IMG/VR virus record: IMGVR_UViG_3300023179_000082
Location: 1 to 64,000 of that record
Length of the DNA: 64,000 nt
Origin: a virus
Reading direction: 5' to 3' (one strand)
The position numbers were made by a program, and so were the translations under genes. Each line of letters starts with the position of its first letter. Positions within the stretch are counted from its first letter, which is position 1. Shown in pieces: positions 49,545-58,483 of the stretch. The notes below the pieces were generated by a model. It did not search any database, was not told where the DNA came from, and worked only from the letters and a program-made list of their open reading frames with translations.

Positions 49545-50756
49545 ATGTCTAAAGTACTATTAGAAAGCCGTTGGGGTGAGACAAAAGAAGCCCTTCTAGA
49601 AGGTCTCAAAGGAACTCGCCGTTCAACAATGAGTGTTATTTTAGAAAACACTCGCAAACAGTTGCTTCAGGAAAGCAGTGCAGGAACAACTACAGCAGGT
49701 AACATTGCTACACTTAACCGTGTAATTCTACCCGTTATTCGCCGTGTTATGCCAACCGTTATCGCTAACGAGTTAGTTGGTGTACAGCCAATGACAGGTC
49801 CTGTTGGTCAAATTCATACACTTCGTGTTCGTTATGCTAATAACATGAACGATACAAGTGCTGCACAAACAAGTACCGTAGCAGGTGAGGAAGCATTATC
49901 ACCATTCAAGATTGCACAAGCTTACTCATCAGCAAGTAGCGTAACAGCAGGTGTTGTTAACACAACACAATCACGTTACACAGCCGCTGATACAGCAGTT
50001 CTTGAAGGTAGTGGTGGTCGCCAAATCAGCGTACAAATCTTACGTCAAGCTGTTGAAGCTAAATCACGTAAGTTGCAAGCACGTTGGACTTTTGAGGCAG
50101 CACAAGATGCACAGTCACAGCATGGTATCGATGTTGAAGCTGAAATCATGGCAGCACTTGCACAAGAAATTACTGCTGAAATTGACCAAGAAATTCTCTT
50201 GTCATTACGTAGTCTTGCTGCAACAGAGTTTACATACAACCAAGCTACAGTATCAGGTACAGCTACATTCGTAGGTGATGAGCATGCTGCTCTTGCAGTA
50301 TTGATCAACCGTGTTGCTAACTTGATCGCACAGCGTACACGCCGTGGCGCAGGTAATTGGTGTGTTGTTTCAAGTGAAAGCTTGACAATTCTTCAAAGTG
50401 CTACAACTTCTGCTTTTGCTCGCACAACAGAGGGTACATTTGAAGCACCAACAAATACTAAATTGGTTGGTACATTGAACAACGCTATGCGTGTTTTCGT
50501 TGATAGCTATGCTCCAACAGGTACAGCAGTTCTTGTTGGTTACAAAGGTAGTAGCGAAACAGATGCAGCAGCATTCTATTGCCCATACATTCCATTGATG
50601 AGCAGTGGTGTTGTTCTAGATCCAACAACGTTCGAACCTGTAGTATCGTTCATGACTCGCTATGGTTATATCGAGTTAACGAACACAGCATCATCTTTTG
50701 GTAATGCTGCTGACTACGTTGGAGAAATCGCTGTTCAGAACGTATCGTTTCAGTAA
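49545..50756 (+). CDS. gp23: Major capsid protein
   Basis: GVQPMTGPVGQI, VEAKSRKLQARWTFEAAQD, EITAEIDQE, IAQRTRRGAGN, GYKG, FYCPYIPL and TRYG are T4 gp23 signatures. AGGAG SD. Confidence 0.96.
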   Translation: MSKVLLESRWGETKEALLEGLKGTRRSTMSVILENTRKQLLQESSAGTTTAGNIATLNRVILPVIRRVMPTVIANELVGVQPMTGPVGQIHTLRVRYANNMNDTSAAQTSTVAGEEALSPFKIAQAYSSASSVTAGVVNTTQSRYTAADTAVLEGSGGRQISVQILRQAVEAKSRKLQARWTFEAAQDAQSQHGIDVEAEIMAALAQEITAEIDQEILLSLRSLAATEFTYNQATVSGTATFVGDEHAALAVLINRVANLIAQRTRRGAGNWCVVSSESLTILQSATTSAFARTTEGTFEAPTNTKLVGTLNNAMRVFVDSYAPTGTAVLVGYKGSSETDAAAFYCPYIPLMSSGVVLDPTTFEPVVSFMTRYGYIELTNTASSFGNAADYVGEIAVQNVSFQ

Positions 50757-50787
50757 TCATTATTTTCTAATTTTTTTTAGAAATATT

Positions 50788-50812
50788 AAAGGGTACTTCG
50801 GTACCCTTTTTT
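50788..50812 (+). terminator. Rho-independent terminator after gp23
   Basis: AAAGGGTAC-TTCG-GTACCCTTTTTT: cUUCGg hairpin followed by a U tract. Confidence 0.9.
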
Positions 50813-50834
50813 ATTGACATAATTTATAAAATAA

Positions 50835-50842
50835 TATAAATA
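50835..50842 (+). promoter_or_regulatory. T4-type late promoter TATAAATA
   Basis: Exact consensus just after the gp23 terminator; TTGACA also present at 50814. Confidence 0.6.
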
Positions 50843-50873
50843 CATGTTATATTCAAATGTTATTGGATCTAAT

Positions 50874-52406
50874 ATGAAAGATAAAATTTTAGAAATTATT
50901 GCAAACAATCCCAAGCATTATGTAAAGATGATAAAGCGTAATGTAGAATTGAATAATTGGGTAATAGAACATTCTAAAGTGCACAGTGATAATGTAGCAT
51001 TATGTATATATAGTGCAATTAATAATGTGTCCAATGTATGTCAGTATGGAAAAGAAAAGAAGTTTGGTGGTTTATCAGTAGGATTGCGCAACTGTGGTAC
51101 AGCAAAAAATTGTCAATGTACACGTGAACAAGTTGCTGAATCAGTAAAACAAACTAAACAAAGTATAACTGATGAAAATAAACAACTTATTAATAAAAAG
51201 CGAGAAGCTACTAATTTGCAAAAATATGGTGTTGCAAATATTGGACAAACCAATTTTGCTAAATTAGCACATACTCAATTTTATTTAAATTCATGTTCTA
51301 AAAAACAAATTGAACAAAAAACAGCTAAACAAGTTGGATATGAAAAATTTTCACATTATGTAGAAGATCGATATAAATTTAAGTTATTAACAAATATTGA
51401 TGATTATCATGGTATTAGACAAAAAGATGCACATGAATATGTTTTTGAATGTATCAATTGTCATACACAAGTGAGCAAAAAGTTTTACCATCGTGTAGGA
51501 ATAAATTGCGAAAAGTGTAATCCATACAAAGCTAGTTATTTAAGTAATGAAGAACAGGAGGTATTTGATTACATCAAAAATGAATTAGGTATCGAAAATG
51601 GTGTACAAAGTGATAAAAAAATAATTGCCCCATATGAATTAGATATGGTTTTTCACGAACAAAAAATTGCCATTGAATATTGTGGACTATATTGGCACAG
51701 TGAACTAAGTTCATTAAAGCATAAAAATTATCATAGAGCAAAGATGAAATTAGTTAATAATGCAGGGTATCGTTTAATAACTATTTTTTCAGATGAATGG
51801 TTATCTAAAAAGGAAATTGTAAAAAGTAGGTTACGTCATATTTTTGGAATTAGTAGTGAACGAGAACAGGCAAGAAAATTAAAAGTAGTTGAAGTGAGTA
51901 ATAAAGAAGCTAAAGAATTTTTAGAAAAATATCATATTCAAGGGTTTGCTATTGCTCCTATAAGGTTAGGATTAATTAACAAAGATAAAAAATTACTAGC
52001 ATTGATGACATTTGCTGCGGGTAGGAAGTCATTAAATTCAAATGATCAATATGAATTGGTACGATTTGCGAGTTACGGTTCAGTTGTAGGTGGGGCAGGA
52101 AAGTTATTAAAACATTTTGTGGAAAAATACAAACCTACAAAATTAATAACATATGCTGATTTAAGGTGGAGTGATGGCAATTTATATGAACGTTTAGGTT
52201 TTAATAAGATTGGTGATGCAAAGGTGGGATATTGGTATGTTAAAAATTACATGAAACGGGAACATCGTTATAATTATACAAAGCATCGATTGGTTAAAAT
52301 GGGTAATGATGCAAGTATAAGTGAGTGGTCTATTATGCAAAGTTTGGGGTATGATCGTATATGGGATTGTGGTCATCAAAAATATGAAATTGTATACTTT
52401 TCATAA
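50874..52406 (+). CDS. Homing-endonuclease-like protein: Zn-ribbon + Vsr/DUF559-type PD-(D/E)xK nuclease + C-terminal Mom-like GNAT domain
   Basis: CINC/CEKC; SNEEQE...ELDMV...IAIEYCGLYWHS...LITIFSDEW; then AKEFLEKYHIQG...ELVRFAS...GGAGKLL...ITYADLRWSDGNLYERLGF. Start is 50874 or 50844. Confidence 0.65.
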   Translation: MKDKILEIIANNPKHYVKMIKRNVELNNWVIEHSKVHSDNVALCIYSAINNVSNVCQYGKEKKFGGLSVGLRNCGTAKNCQCTREQVAESVKQTKQSITDENKQLINKKREATNLQKYGVANIGQTNFAKLAHTQFYLNSCSKKQIEQKTAKQVGYEKFSHYVEDRYKFKLLTNIDDYHGIRQKDAHEYVFECINCHTQVSKKFYHRVGINCEKCNPYKASYLSNEEQEVFDYIKNELGIENGVQSDKKIIAPYELDMVFHEQKIAIEYCGLYWHSELSSLKHKNYHRAKMKLVNNAGYRLITIFSDEWLSKKEIVKSRLRHIFGISSEREQARKLKVVEVSNKEAKEFLEKYHIQGFAIAPIRLGLINKDKKLLALMTFAAGRKSLNSNDQYELVRFASYGSVVGGAGKLLKHFVEKYKPTKLITYADLRWSDGNLYERLGFNKIGDAKVGYWYVKNYMKREHRYNYTKHRLVKMGNDASISEWSIMQSLGYDRIWDCGHQKYEIVYFS

Positions 52407-52536
52407 GTAATTATATTATTATTGCATCCTTTTTGGTTGTAGTTCTTTAATATAAAAAATATATAACCAAATAAATAGTTAAAACTGTGCCACTTGGTTT
52501 AGTTTCTACTTTTTTAGAAAGAATAAATACTATACT

Positions 52537-55500
52537 ATGCAAATTACTAACGTAACCGCAGGATCTGGGATGGTTATAAATGGATCTCCTAACAATACTG
52601 CAGATTCAAATTTTAAAAATACAACAATGTTATTATCAGGTATGCCTGAAACATACAATAATTGTTTACAAGATGAAAGTGGATATAATTTTAGTTTAAT
52701 TTCAGTTGGTGACACTAAAGTTTCGAGCTTTACCCCGTTTTCATTAGTTAATAGTGTTTATTTTAATGGATCATCAACTCTTACGACAGGTACTAGTTTA
52801 ACTATTGGAACTAATAATTTTACTTTTGAGTGTTGGGTTTATGTCGCAACAGGAGCTGCATTAGGTACCATTACTTTATTTTGTAATGATATTGCTACAA
52901 CAGGTTTGAATATACAAATGACTGCATCAACGGTTGGGTTATATACTACTGCCCCAAGTACTTTATTAGAAGCTACGGGACAAACTTTTATACCGAATCA
53001 ATGGTATCATGTTGCGGTATCTAGAGTTGGCACAGGAGCAGGTCAAACAGGAATTTATGTAAATGGTATAAGATTAACGACAGGAACAGTAGCAACTAGT
53101 TTTCCTGCAGCAAATTCTAGACTAGGTTCAAGAAATGGTAATGTAAATTATTTAACGGGATTTATTTACAATGCTCGTTTAGTTAATGGATCAGCAGTTT
53201 ACGATCCTACAACTACTACACTTTTTAATCCCCCATTATCACCGTTAACAGCGGTAACAAATACAGCTTTACTAACTTGTATATACAACAGATTTAGGGA
53301 TGGAAGTACAAATAATTCGACATTTACTGTATCAGGAACTCCCAACGTACATCTTTTCAATCCTGCATCAATATCTAATAGACAATTTTTTGGACAAACT
53401 AGTGGATCAATTTTATTTGACGGGACAGGAGACTACATAACGGGACCATCAGGAAGGCTTGCGTTTTCTTTTAGGTCAGCAGATTTTACAATTGAATGTT
53501 TTCTATATTTGACAGCATTAACAGCAGCTGGTGCTATTTGTGGAGTATGGACAGGCACTGCTTCAACTTCACAATGGCTTTTTACTCAAGGTAACACACT
53601 TGGTACTGCACTACGTTTTGGAATGTCTGATGGTACAACAACTACATTTGTCGAAAGCACTGCCGCTTTAGTTATAAATCAATGGATGCATGTTGCGGTG
53701 TCAAGACAAAGTGGTACTTTACGAATGTTTATAAATGGAACACAGGTGTACAGTGCTGCAGGTTCTACTACAATGCTTACTACATCAACAGTTCTGTCAA
53801 TTTTTTCAGTTTCAGATGGAACAGTTACGAGTGCAGGGTACCTATCTAATTTACGTATACTAAATGGGACAGCTTTATACACAGGTAATTTTACAGTACC
53901 AACCACTCCGTTAACTTGGACTCCTACAACTAGCTTATTAACTGCAAAATATTCTTTTGCTCCAAATTCTTATATGATGTACGATCAAAGTGTAAATCAA
54001 TATAATTTTACAAGAGCGAATGTAGTGATGACAAATACATTTACACCATTTGCAACGAATGGATGGAGTAATCGTTTTAATGGCTCATCTGCGTTAACTA
54101 TAGCATCTAATACGCAACTTGCTCCTGGTACAGGAAATTTCACAATTGAAGGATGGGTTAGGTTTACAGCTTTTCCTGCAGCATCGGGAACAGCGGGTAT
54201 ATGCCAAAATGAATTAACTATAACATCAGCAGCAACAAATGATAAATTTTGGTTTGGATTATATAATAATGCAGGTGCCTATAATTTAGTATTAGGGCGA
54301 CATACCATTACTTGGAATACTACATCATACGTTGCTTGGACACCATCTTTAGGCGTTTGGTATCATGTTGCTGCTGTGATAAATTCAGGTACAACTTTAT
54401 TGTTTATTGATGGCATTAGCCAATCCGTAACAAATAATACGTATTTTAATGGAGTTTCATTATCACAAAATGGATTTGCTATTGGAGCTATTTCTAACGC
54501 ACAATATTTAAATGGTAATATCAGTAATTTTAGATATGTTGTCGGGCAAGCAGTTTATACTTCAAATTTTACTCCTTCAACGGTTCCACTTACTACAACA
54601 ACTGCAGGTGTTACTTCTATTAATACTAGGTTGCTAACAGCTCAGTCATATGGTTTTCTAGATAACAGTGGCGCATGTACTTTTGTTGGAAGTATATCAG
54701 CTACTACTTTAACAGTTACTTCAATTATTTCAGGACAATTAAAAATAGGATGTGTAATAAGTGGTTTGGGTGTTACTACAAATACAACAATTACTGCTTT
54801 GGGAACGGGAACAGGAGGAGTTGGAACTTATACTGTTGGAACATCACAAACAACAAATTCAGTATTCATGAAAACTAATGGTGCAGCGTTTACTTTTGTA
54901 GGAACCCCGATTGTTGATGCTTTAATGCCATTTACACCATCTACTGCTATTACACCAAATACTCCTGCATATAGTTTAACTTGGGCAGGTGGCAGCTATT
55001 ATTTTGATGGAACAAACGCAGGACTTACTGCTTTTACTATAATAAATGGTAATTCAAATACTTTTTTTAATTTTTTACACAACACTTGGGCTAAATTCAC
55101 CATCGAGGCGTGGATTTATCCTACAGCTACAGGAACTTTTCGATATATATGTGGAACTGCAGCAGGAAATGGCACCTCTACGCATGTAGGTGTTGCATTT
55201 TACTTAAATACTTCCAATCAATTATGCCTAGACGTTGACAGGGGTGTCAGTGCAGCTTATGTTTTTCAAAGCAGTGCGGGTGGTACAGTGTTAGCAAATC
55301 AATGGACTCATGTTGCGGTAACATACGATCAATCTTTGACTACTAATAACGCACGATTTTATATTAATGGAATGAATACATTAAGTGGAACAAAAACTGC
55401 AAATGCTCCATCGACTTCAAATTCCACATATAATTTTAGAATAGGAGAAGATGGGGCAGGAGGGGGTGATTGGACAGGTTGGATTACAAACCTAAGAGTT

Positions 55501-56979
55501 GCTAATGAAGTGTTATACGATAATGTTTTTATGCCACCAACTGCCCCACCTGGCTTGTCTCAATACACAGCATTATTGGCTTTGGGTACAGAGGGAAGTT
55601 TTACAGATATAACAGGAAGAAATAATTTTAGAGCCGTCAGTAATGCCCAAAATAATACTGCTAACCCAAAATGGCAAGGATTATCTTCTATTTTCGTTAA
55701 TGCGATTAATCAAGAGCAAGAATATACAACTGCGGGTACGTATACATTTATTGCACCTGGAGGTTTTTCATCAGTAAGTGTAGTTGCTATTGGTGCGGGG
55801 GGAAGTTCAGCTATAGCCACTGGTGGTGGTGGGGGTGGTGGTTTAGGATATGCAAATGTATCCGTAACAGGTGGTTCACCCTATACGGTAGTTGTTGGTG
55901 GGGCAGGTGGTAGAAACACAGCTACCGCAGGGGGGCAATCATATTTTTCAGCCACCAATGTTGTTGCAGGTAATGGCGGTGGTGGTTCACCAACTAGAAC
56001 AGGTGGGGGATTTGTAGGAAATGGTGGTGGAAGCGGTGGGACTGGATCAAGCGTCAGCGGAAATACAGGAGGTTCAGGTGCGGGTGCTGGGGGATACGCC
56101 GGTTCTGGTGGAAATGGAAATGCAAGCGCACCTGCAGGTGGAGGTGGTGGTGGCGGTTTTAATGGAAGTAACGGATCAGGTTGGTCAGGTGGCAGTGGTG
56201 GTGGCGGGGTAGGAATTTATGGTCAGGGGGCAAGCGGTGCGGTAGGTGCTTGGACTACTGCAACCCCCTTTGTTCAAAATACAGGTGGAGGTGGCGGTTC
56301 AGGTGGCACACCAGGTGGTGGTGCAGGATCAACCGCAAGTGCAATGCCTGGTGGTGATGGTGGTTTATATGGTGGTGGCGGCGGTTCGGGGATATTAAAT
56401 CAGGGAGCTGAAACAGGTGGTGCTGGAGGTAGAGGCGCAGTAAGGATTGTTTGGGGAACAGGTAAAAATTACCCTTCGACAAACGTTACATCAAATATAA
56501 TAAGTGGTTATTTGATTTCAAACAACACAAGTAATTCACTAGCTTTTGGGACGGGTAATTTTACACTTGAATTTTGGATCTACCCTACTATATCAGGATC
56601 TTACACACTTATTGATACACGTGCAGCATCAACAGCAACACCTTACACAGTATCAATTGATAGTAGTAATTTTCCAAATATATATGATGGAACATCAACA
56701 TTTACTAGTACAGTAGCAGTTACGGTAAACACTTGGAATTTTGTTGCATATTCAAGATCATCAGGAACTCTTAATATTTATGTAAACGGCACAAGAGGTT
56801 ACAGTGCAGCTAATTCTAGTAATTTTACAGGAGCAGGAACCCTAAATTATATTACCAATAACGTTGGATTAACCTCTTATTTTAACGGATATATCCAAGA
56901 TTTAAGAGCTACTGTAGGAGTTGGTCGCTATACAGCAACAACAATGGATGTACCAACTGCTCCATTAACAAGTTTTTAA
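52537..56979 (+). CDS. Multi-LamG (concanavalin A-like) virion adhesion protein with Gly-rich insert
   Basis: Five LamG-type repeats ([40 protein letters not shown], each followed by a W.HVA-type motif) and a Gly-rich domain at ~55720-56460. AATAAATA at 52522-52529. Confidence 0.8.
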   Translation: MQITNVTAGSGMVINGSPNNTADSNFKNTTMLLSGMPETYNNCLQDESGYNFSLISVGDTKVSSFTPFSLVNSVYFNGSSTLTTGTSLTIGTNNFTFECWVYVATGAALGTITLFCNDIATTGLNIQMTASTVGLYTTAPSTLLEATGQTFIPNQWYHVAVSRVGTGAGQTGIYVNGIRLTTGTVATSFPAANSRLGSRNGNVNYLTGFIYNARLVNGSAVYDPTTTTLFNPPLSPLTAVTNTALLTCIYNRFRDGSTNNSTFTVSGTPNVHLFNPASISNRQFFGQTSGSILFDGTGDYITGPSGRLAFSFRSADFTIECFLYLTALTAAGAICGVWTGTASTSQWLFTQGNTLGTALRFGMSDGTTTTFVESTAALVINQWMHVAVSRQSGTLRMFINGTQVYSAAGSTTMLTTSTVLSIFSVSDGTVTSAGYLSNLRILNGTALYTGNFTVPTTPLTWTPTTSLLTAKYSFAPNSYMMYDQSVNQYNFTRANVVMTNTFTPFATNGWSNRFNGSSALTIASNTQLAPGTGNFTIEGWVRFTAFPAASGTAGICQNELTITSAATNDKFWFGLYNNAGAYNLVLGRHTITWNTTSYVAWTPSLGVWYHVAAVINSGTTLLFIDGISQSVTNNTYFNGVSLSQNGFAIGAISNAQYLNGNISNFRYVVGQAVYTSNFTPSTVPLTTTTAGVTSINTRLLTAQSYGFLDNSGACTFVGSISATTLTVTSIISGQLKIGCVISGLGVTTNTTITALGTGTGGVGTYTVGTSQTTNSVFMKTNGAAFTFVGTPIVDALMPFTPSTAITPNTPAYSLTWAGGSYYFDGTNAGLTAFTIINGNSNTFFNFLHNTWAKFTIEAWIYPTATGTFRYICGTAAGNGTSTHVGVAFYLNTSNQLCLDVDRGVSAAYVFQSSAGGTVLANQWTHVAVTYDQSLTTNNARFYINGMNTLSGTKTANAPSTSNSTYNFRIGEDGAGGGDWTGWITNLRVANEVLYDNVFMPPTAPPGLSQYTALLALGTEGSFTDITGRNNFRAVSNAQNNTANPKWQGLSSIFVNAINQEQEYTTAGTYTFIAPGGFSSVSVVAIGAGGSSAIATGGGGGGGLGYANVSVTGGSPYTVVVGGAGGRNTATAGGQSYFSATNVVAGNGGGGSPTRTGGGFVGNGGGSGGTGSSVSGNTGGSGAGAGGYAGSGGNGNASAPAGGGGGGGFNGSNGSGWSGGSGGGGVGIYGQGASGAVGAWTTATPFVQNTGGGGGSGGTPGGGAGSTASAMPGGDGGLYGGGGGSGILNQGAETGGAGGRGAVRIVWGTGKNYPSTNVTSNIISGYLISNNTSNSLAFGTGNFTLEFWIYPTISGSYTLIDTRAASTATPYTVSIDSSNFPNIYDGTSTFTSTVAVTVNTWNFVAYSRSSGTLNIYVNGTRGYSAANSSNFTGAGTLNYITNNVGLTSYFNGYIQDLRATVGVGRYTATTMDVPTAPLTSF

Positions 56980-57115
56980 AATTAAGGGAAGAAATTGATA
57001 CGGGTTGTTGTGATCGATAGGTGTTGACAACTAATGGTAATAGAAATTAAAGTTGTACACAACAAAAGAAGTAGTCTACTATAACGTATAATAGATAAAA
57101 GGTAAATACTAGAGC

Positions 57116-57817
57116 ATGATTGAAATAATCTATACTCTAGTATCTACTCATATCACAATACTTTGTGTAACCTTATATCTTCATCGTAGTCAAGCACATC
57201 GTGGTATAACATTCCATCCTATTATATCGCATTTTATGCGATTTTGGTTATGGTTAACAACTAGTATGGTTACTAAAGAATGGGTTGCAGTCCATCGTAA
57301 ACATCATCGTTATACTGAAAAAATAGGTGACCCACACTCACCACATGTTTTTGGCATACATAATGTTTTATTGCGTGGTGCATGGTTATACAATGTAGCA
57401 ACAAAAGATAAAAATATGATTAATCAATATGGTGTCGGTACACCAAGTGATTGGATTGAAAACAATTTATATAGTAAATACACTGTACATGGCATTTTAT
57501 TTCTTCTTATTATTAATACCCTTATGTTTAATGGTTGGGGCATTGTTATTTGGTTCATCCAAATGGCATGGATTCCTTTTTGGGCTGCTGGTGTTGTTAA
57601 CGGTCTTGGGCACTACGTGGGTTATCGTAACAACCATACCAACGATCAATCCAAAAATTTATTCCCAATTGCTATAATTATTGGTGGCGAAGAACTACAT
57701 AATAATCACCACGATAACCCATCAAGTATAAAACTCAGCCAAAAATGGTACGAGTTTGATTTAGGATATGCATGGATAAACTTACTCAAGTTTTTAAGGT
57801 TAGCAAAATGTAAATAA
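57116..57817 (+). CDS. Membrane fatty-acid (delta-9-like) desaturase
   Basis: Three His boxes (HRSQAH, HRKHH, HNNHH), DPHSP, GGEELHNNHH and WYEFDLG, plus transmembrane segments. TAAATA at 57103-57108. Confidence 0.9.
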   Translation: MIEIIYTLVSTHITILCVTLYLHRSQAHRGITFHPIISHFMRFWLWLTTSMVTKEWVAVHRKHHRYTEKIGDPHSPHVFGIHNVLLRGAWLYNVATKDKNMINQYGVGTPSDWIENNLYSKYTVHGILFLLIINTLMFNGWGIVIWFIQMAWIPFWAAGVVNGLGHYVGYRNNHTNDQSKNLFPIAIIIGGEELHNNHHDNPSSIKLSQKWYEFDLGYAWINLLKFLRLAKCK

Positions 57818-57826
57818 GGAGATTAT

Positions 57827-57997
57827 ATGAGTTGGACTAATAAAAAACCACATTCCAAAACACCACCTTGGATCTATAGACAAACATCAAATCGTTATCA
57901 CGAAGATCCAATCGGGCAAATATCCCAAAATTATTCCAACGAATTAGAAAAAAGTAAAAAACAACTTGAAGAATATAAAAATGAACCAACCAAATAA
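57827..57997 (+). CDS. Small 56-aa hypothetical protein (not in ORF track)
   Basis: AGGAG SD at 57817-57821; MSWTNKKPHSKTPPWIYRQTSNRYHEDPIGQISQNYSNELEKSKKQLEEYKNEPTK*. Confidence 0.55.
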   Translation: MSWTNKKPHSKTPPWIYRQTSNRYHEDPIGQISQNYSNELEKSKKQLEEYKNEPTK

Positions 57998-58028
57998 ATA
58001 CAGTATCTCAATCGGGATGGGAGCAATT

Positions 58029-58055
58029 AGGGAACCATAATAGGTTCCTTTTTTG
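58029..58055 (+). terminator. Rho-independent terminator
   Basis: GGAACC-ATAATA-GGTTCC followed by a T tract, between convergent genes. Confidence 0.75.
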
Positions 58056-58056
58056 T

Positions 58057-58401
58057 TTACATTGTAATTTGACTAATATCAACTGTTGCATCTACAGTTA
58101 ACTGAAATTCGTCGTGAGTTTTTTGTTTTATGGTTTGAATTCTTAATCTATTGCAGTTAGCACAATAAGTTTTGTAACTATCGGATAACTTAACTAAATC
58201 TAATTGACAGGTGTGCTCAGCTTTAAATCCACATATTTCACATACAATATTTTTAATAATTTTTTTACGATATTTTTTACTATCACAACTACTACAGTAT
58301 TTCCTCCATGTGGTAAATCCTAGGGCACTTGTCCTACACTTTCTAGCAGGTCTAATGTTGCAATATTGACATATAGGTCTTTTTTTATTTTTTTGCAGCA
58401 T
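58057..58401 (-). CDS. Zinc-finger protein resembling a degenerate HNH nuclease (114 aa)
   Basis: Four CxxC pairs; CEICGF..EHTCQLDL...CANCNRLR. Start moved to ATG 58401, 5 nt after CATAAATA (58407-58414). Confidence 0.6.
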   Translation of the reverse strand: MLQKNKKRPICQYCNIRPARKCRTSALGFTTWRKYCSSCDSKKYRKKIIKNIVCEICGFKAEHTCQLDLVKLSDSYKTYCANCNRLRIQTIKQKTHDEFQLTVDATVDISQITM

Positions 58402-58483
58402 ATTGTTATTTATGTCTTCAGTACTACAAAATACGCAAATTAAAAAATAAATAGTTATATCTCTATTATTTTGGATAAGAACA

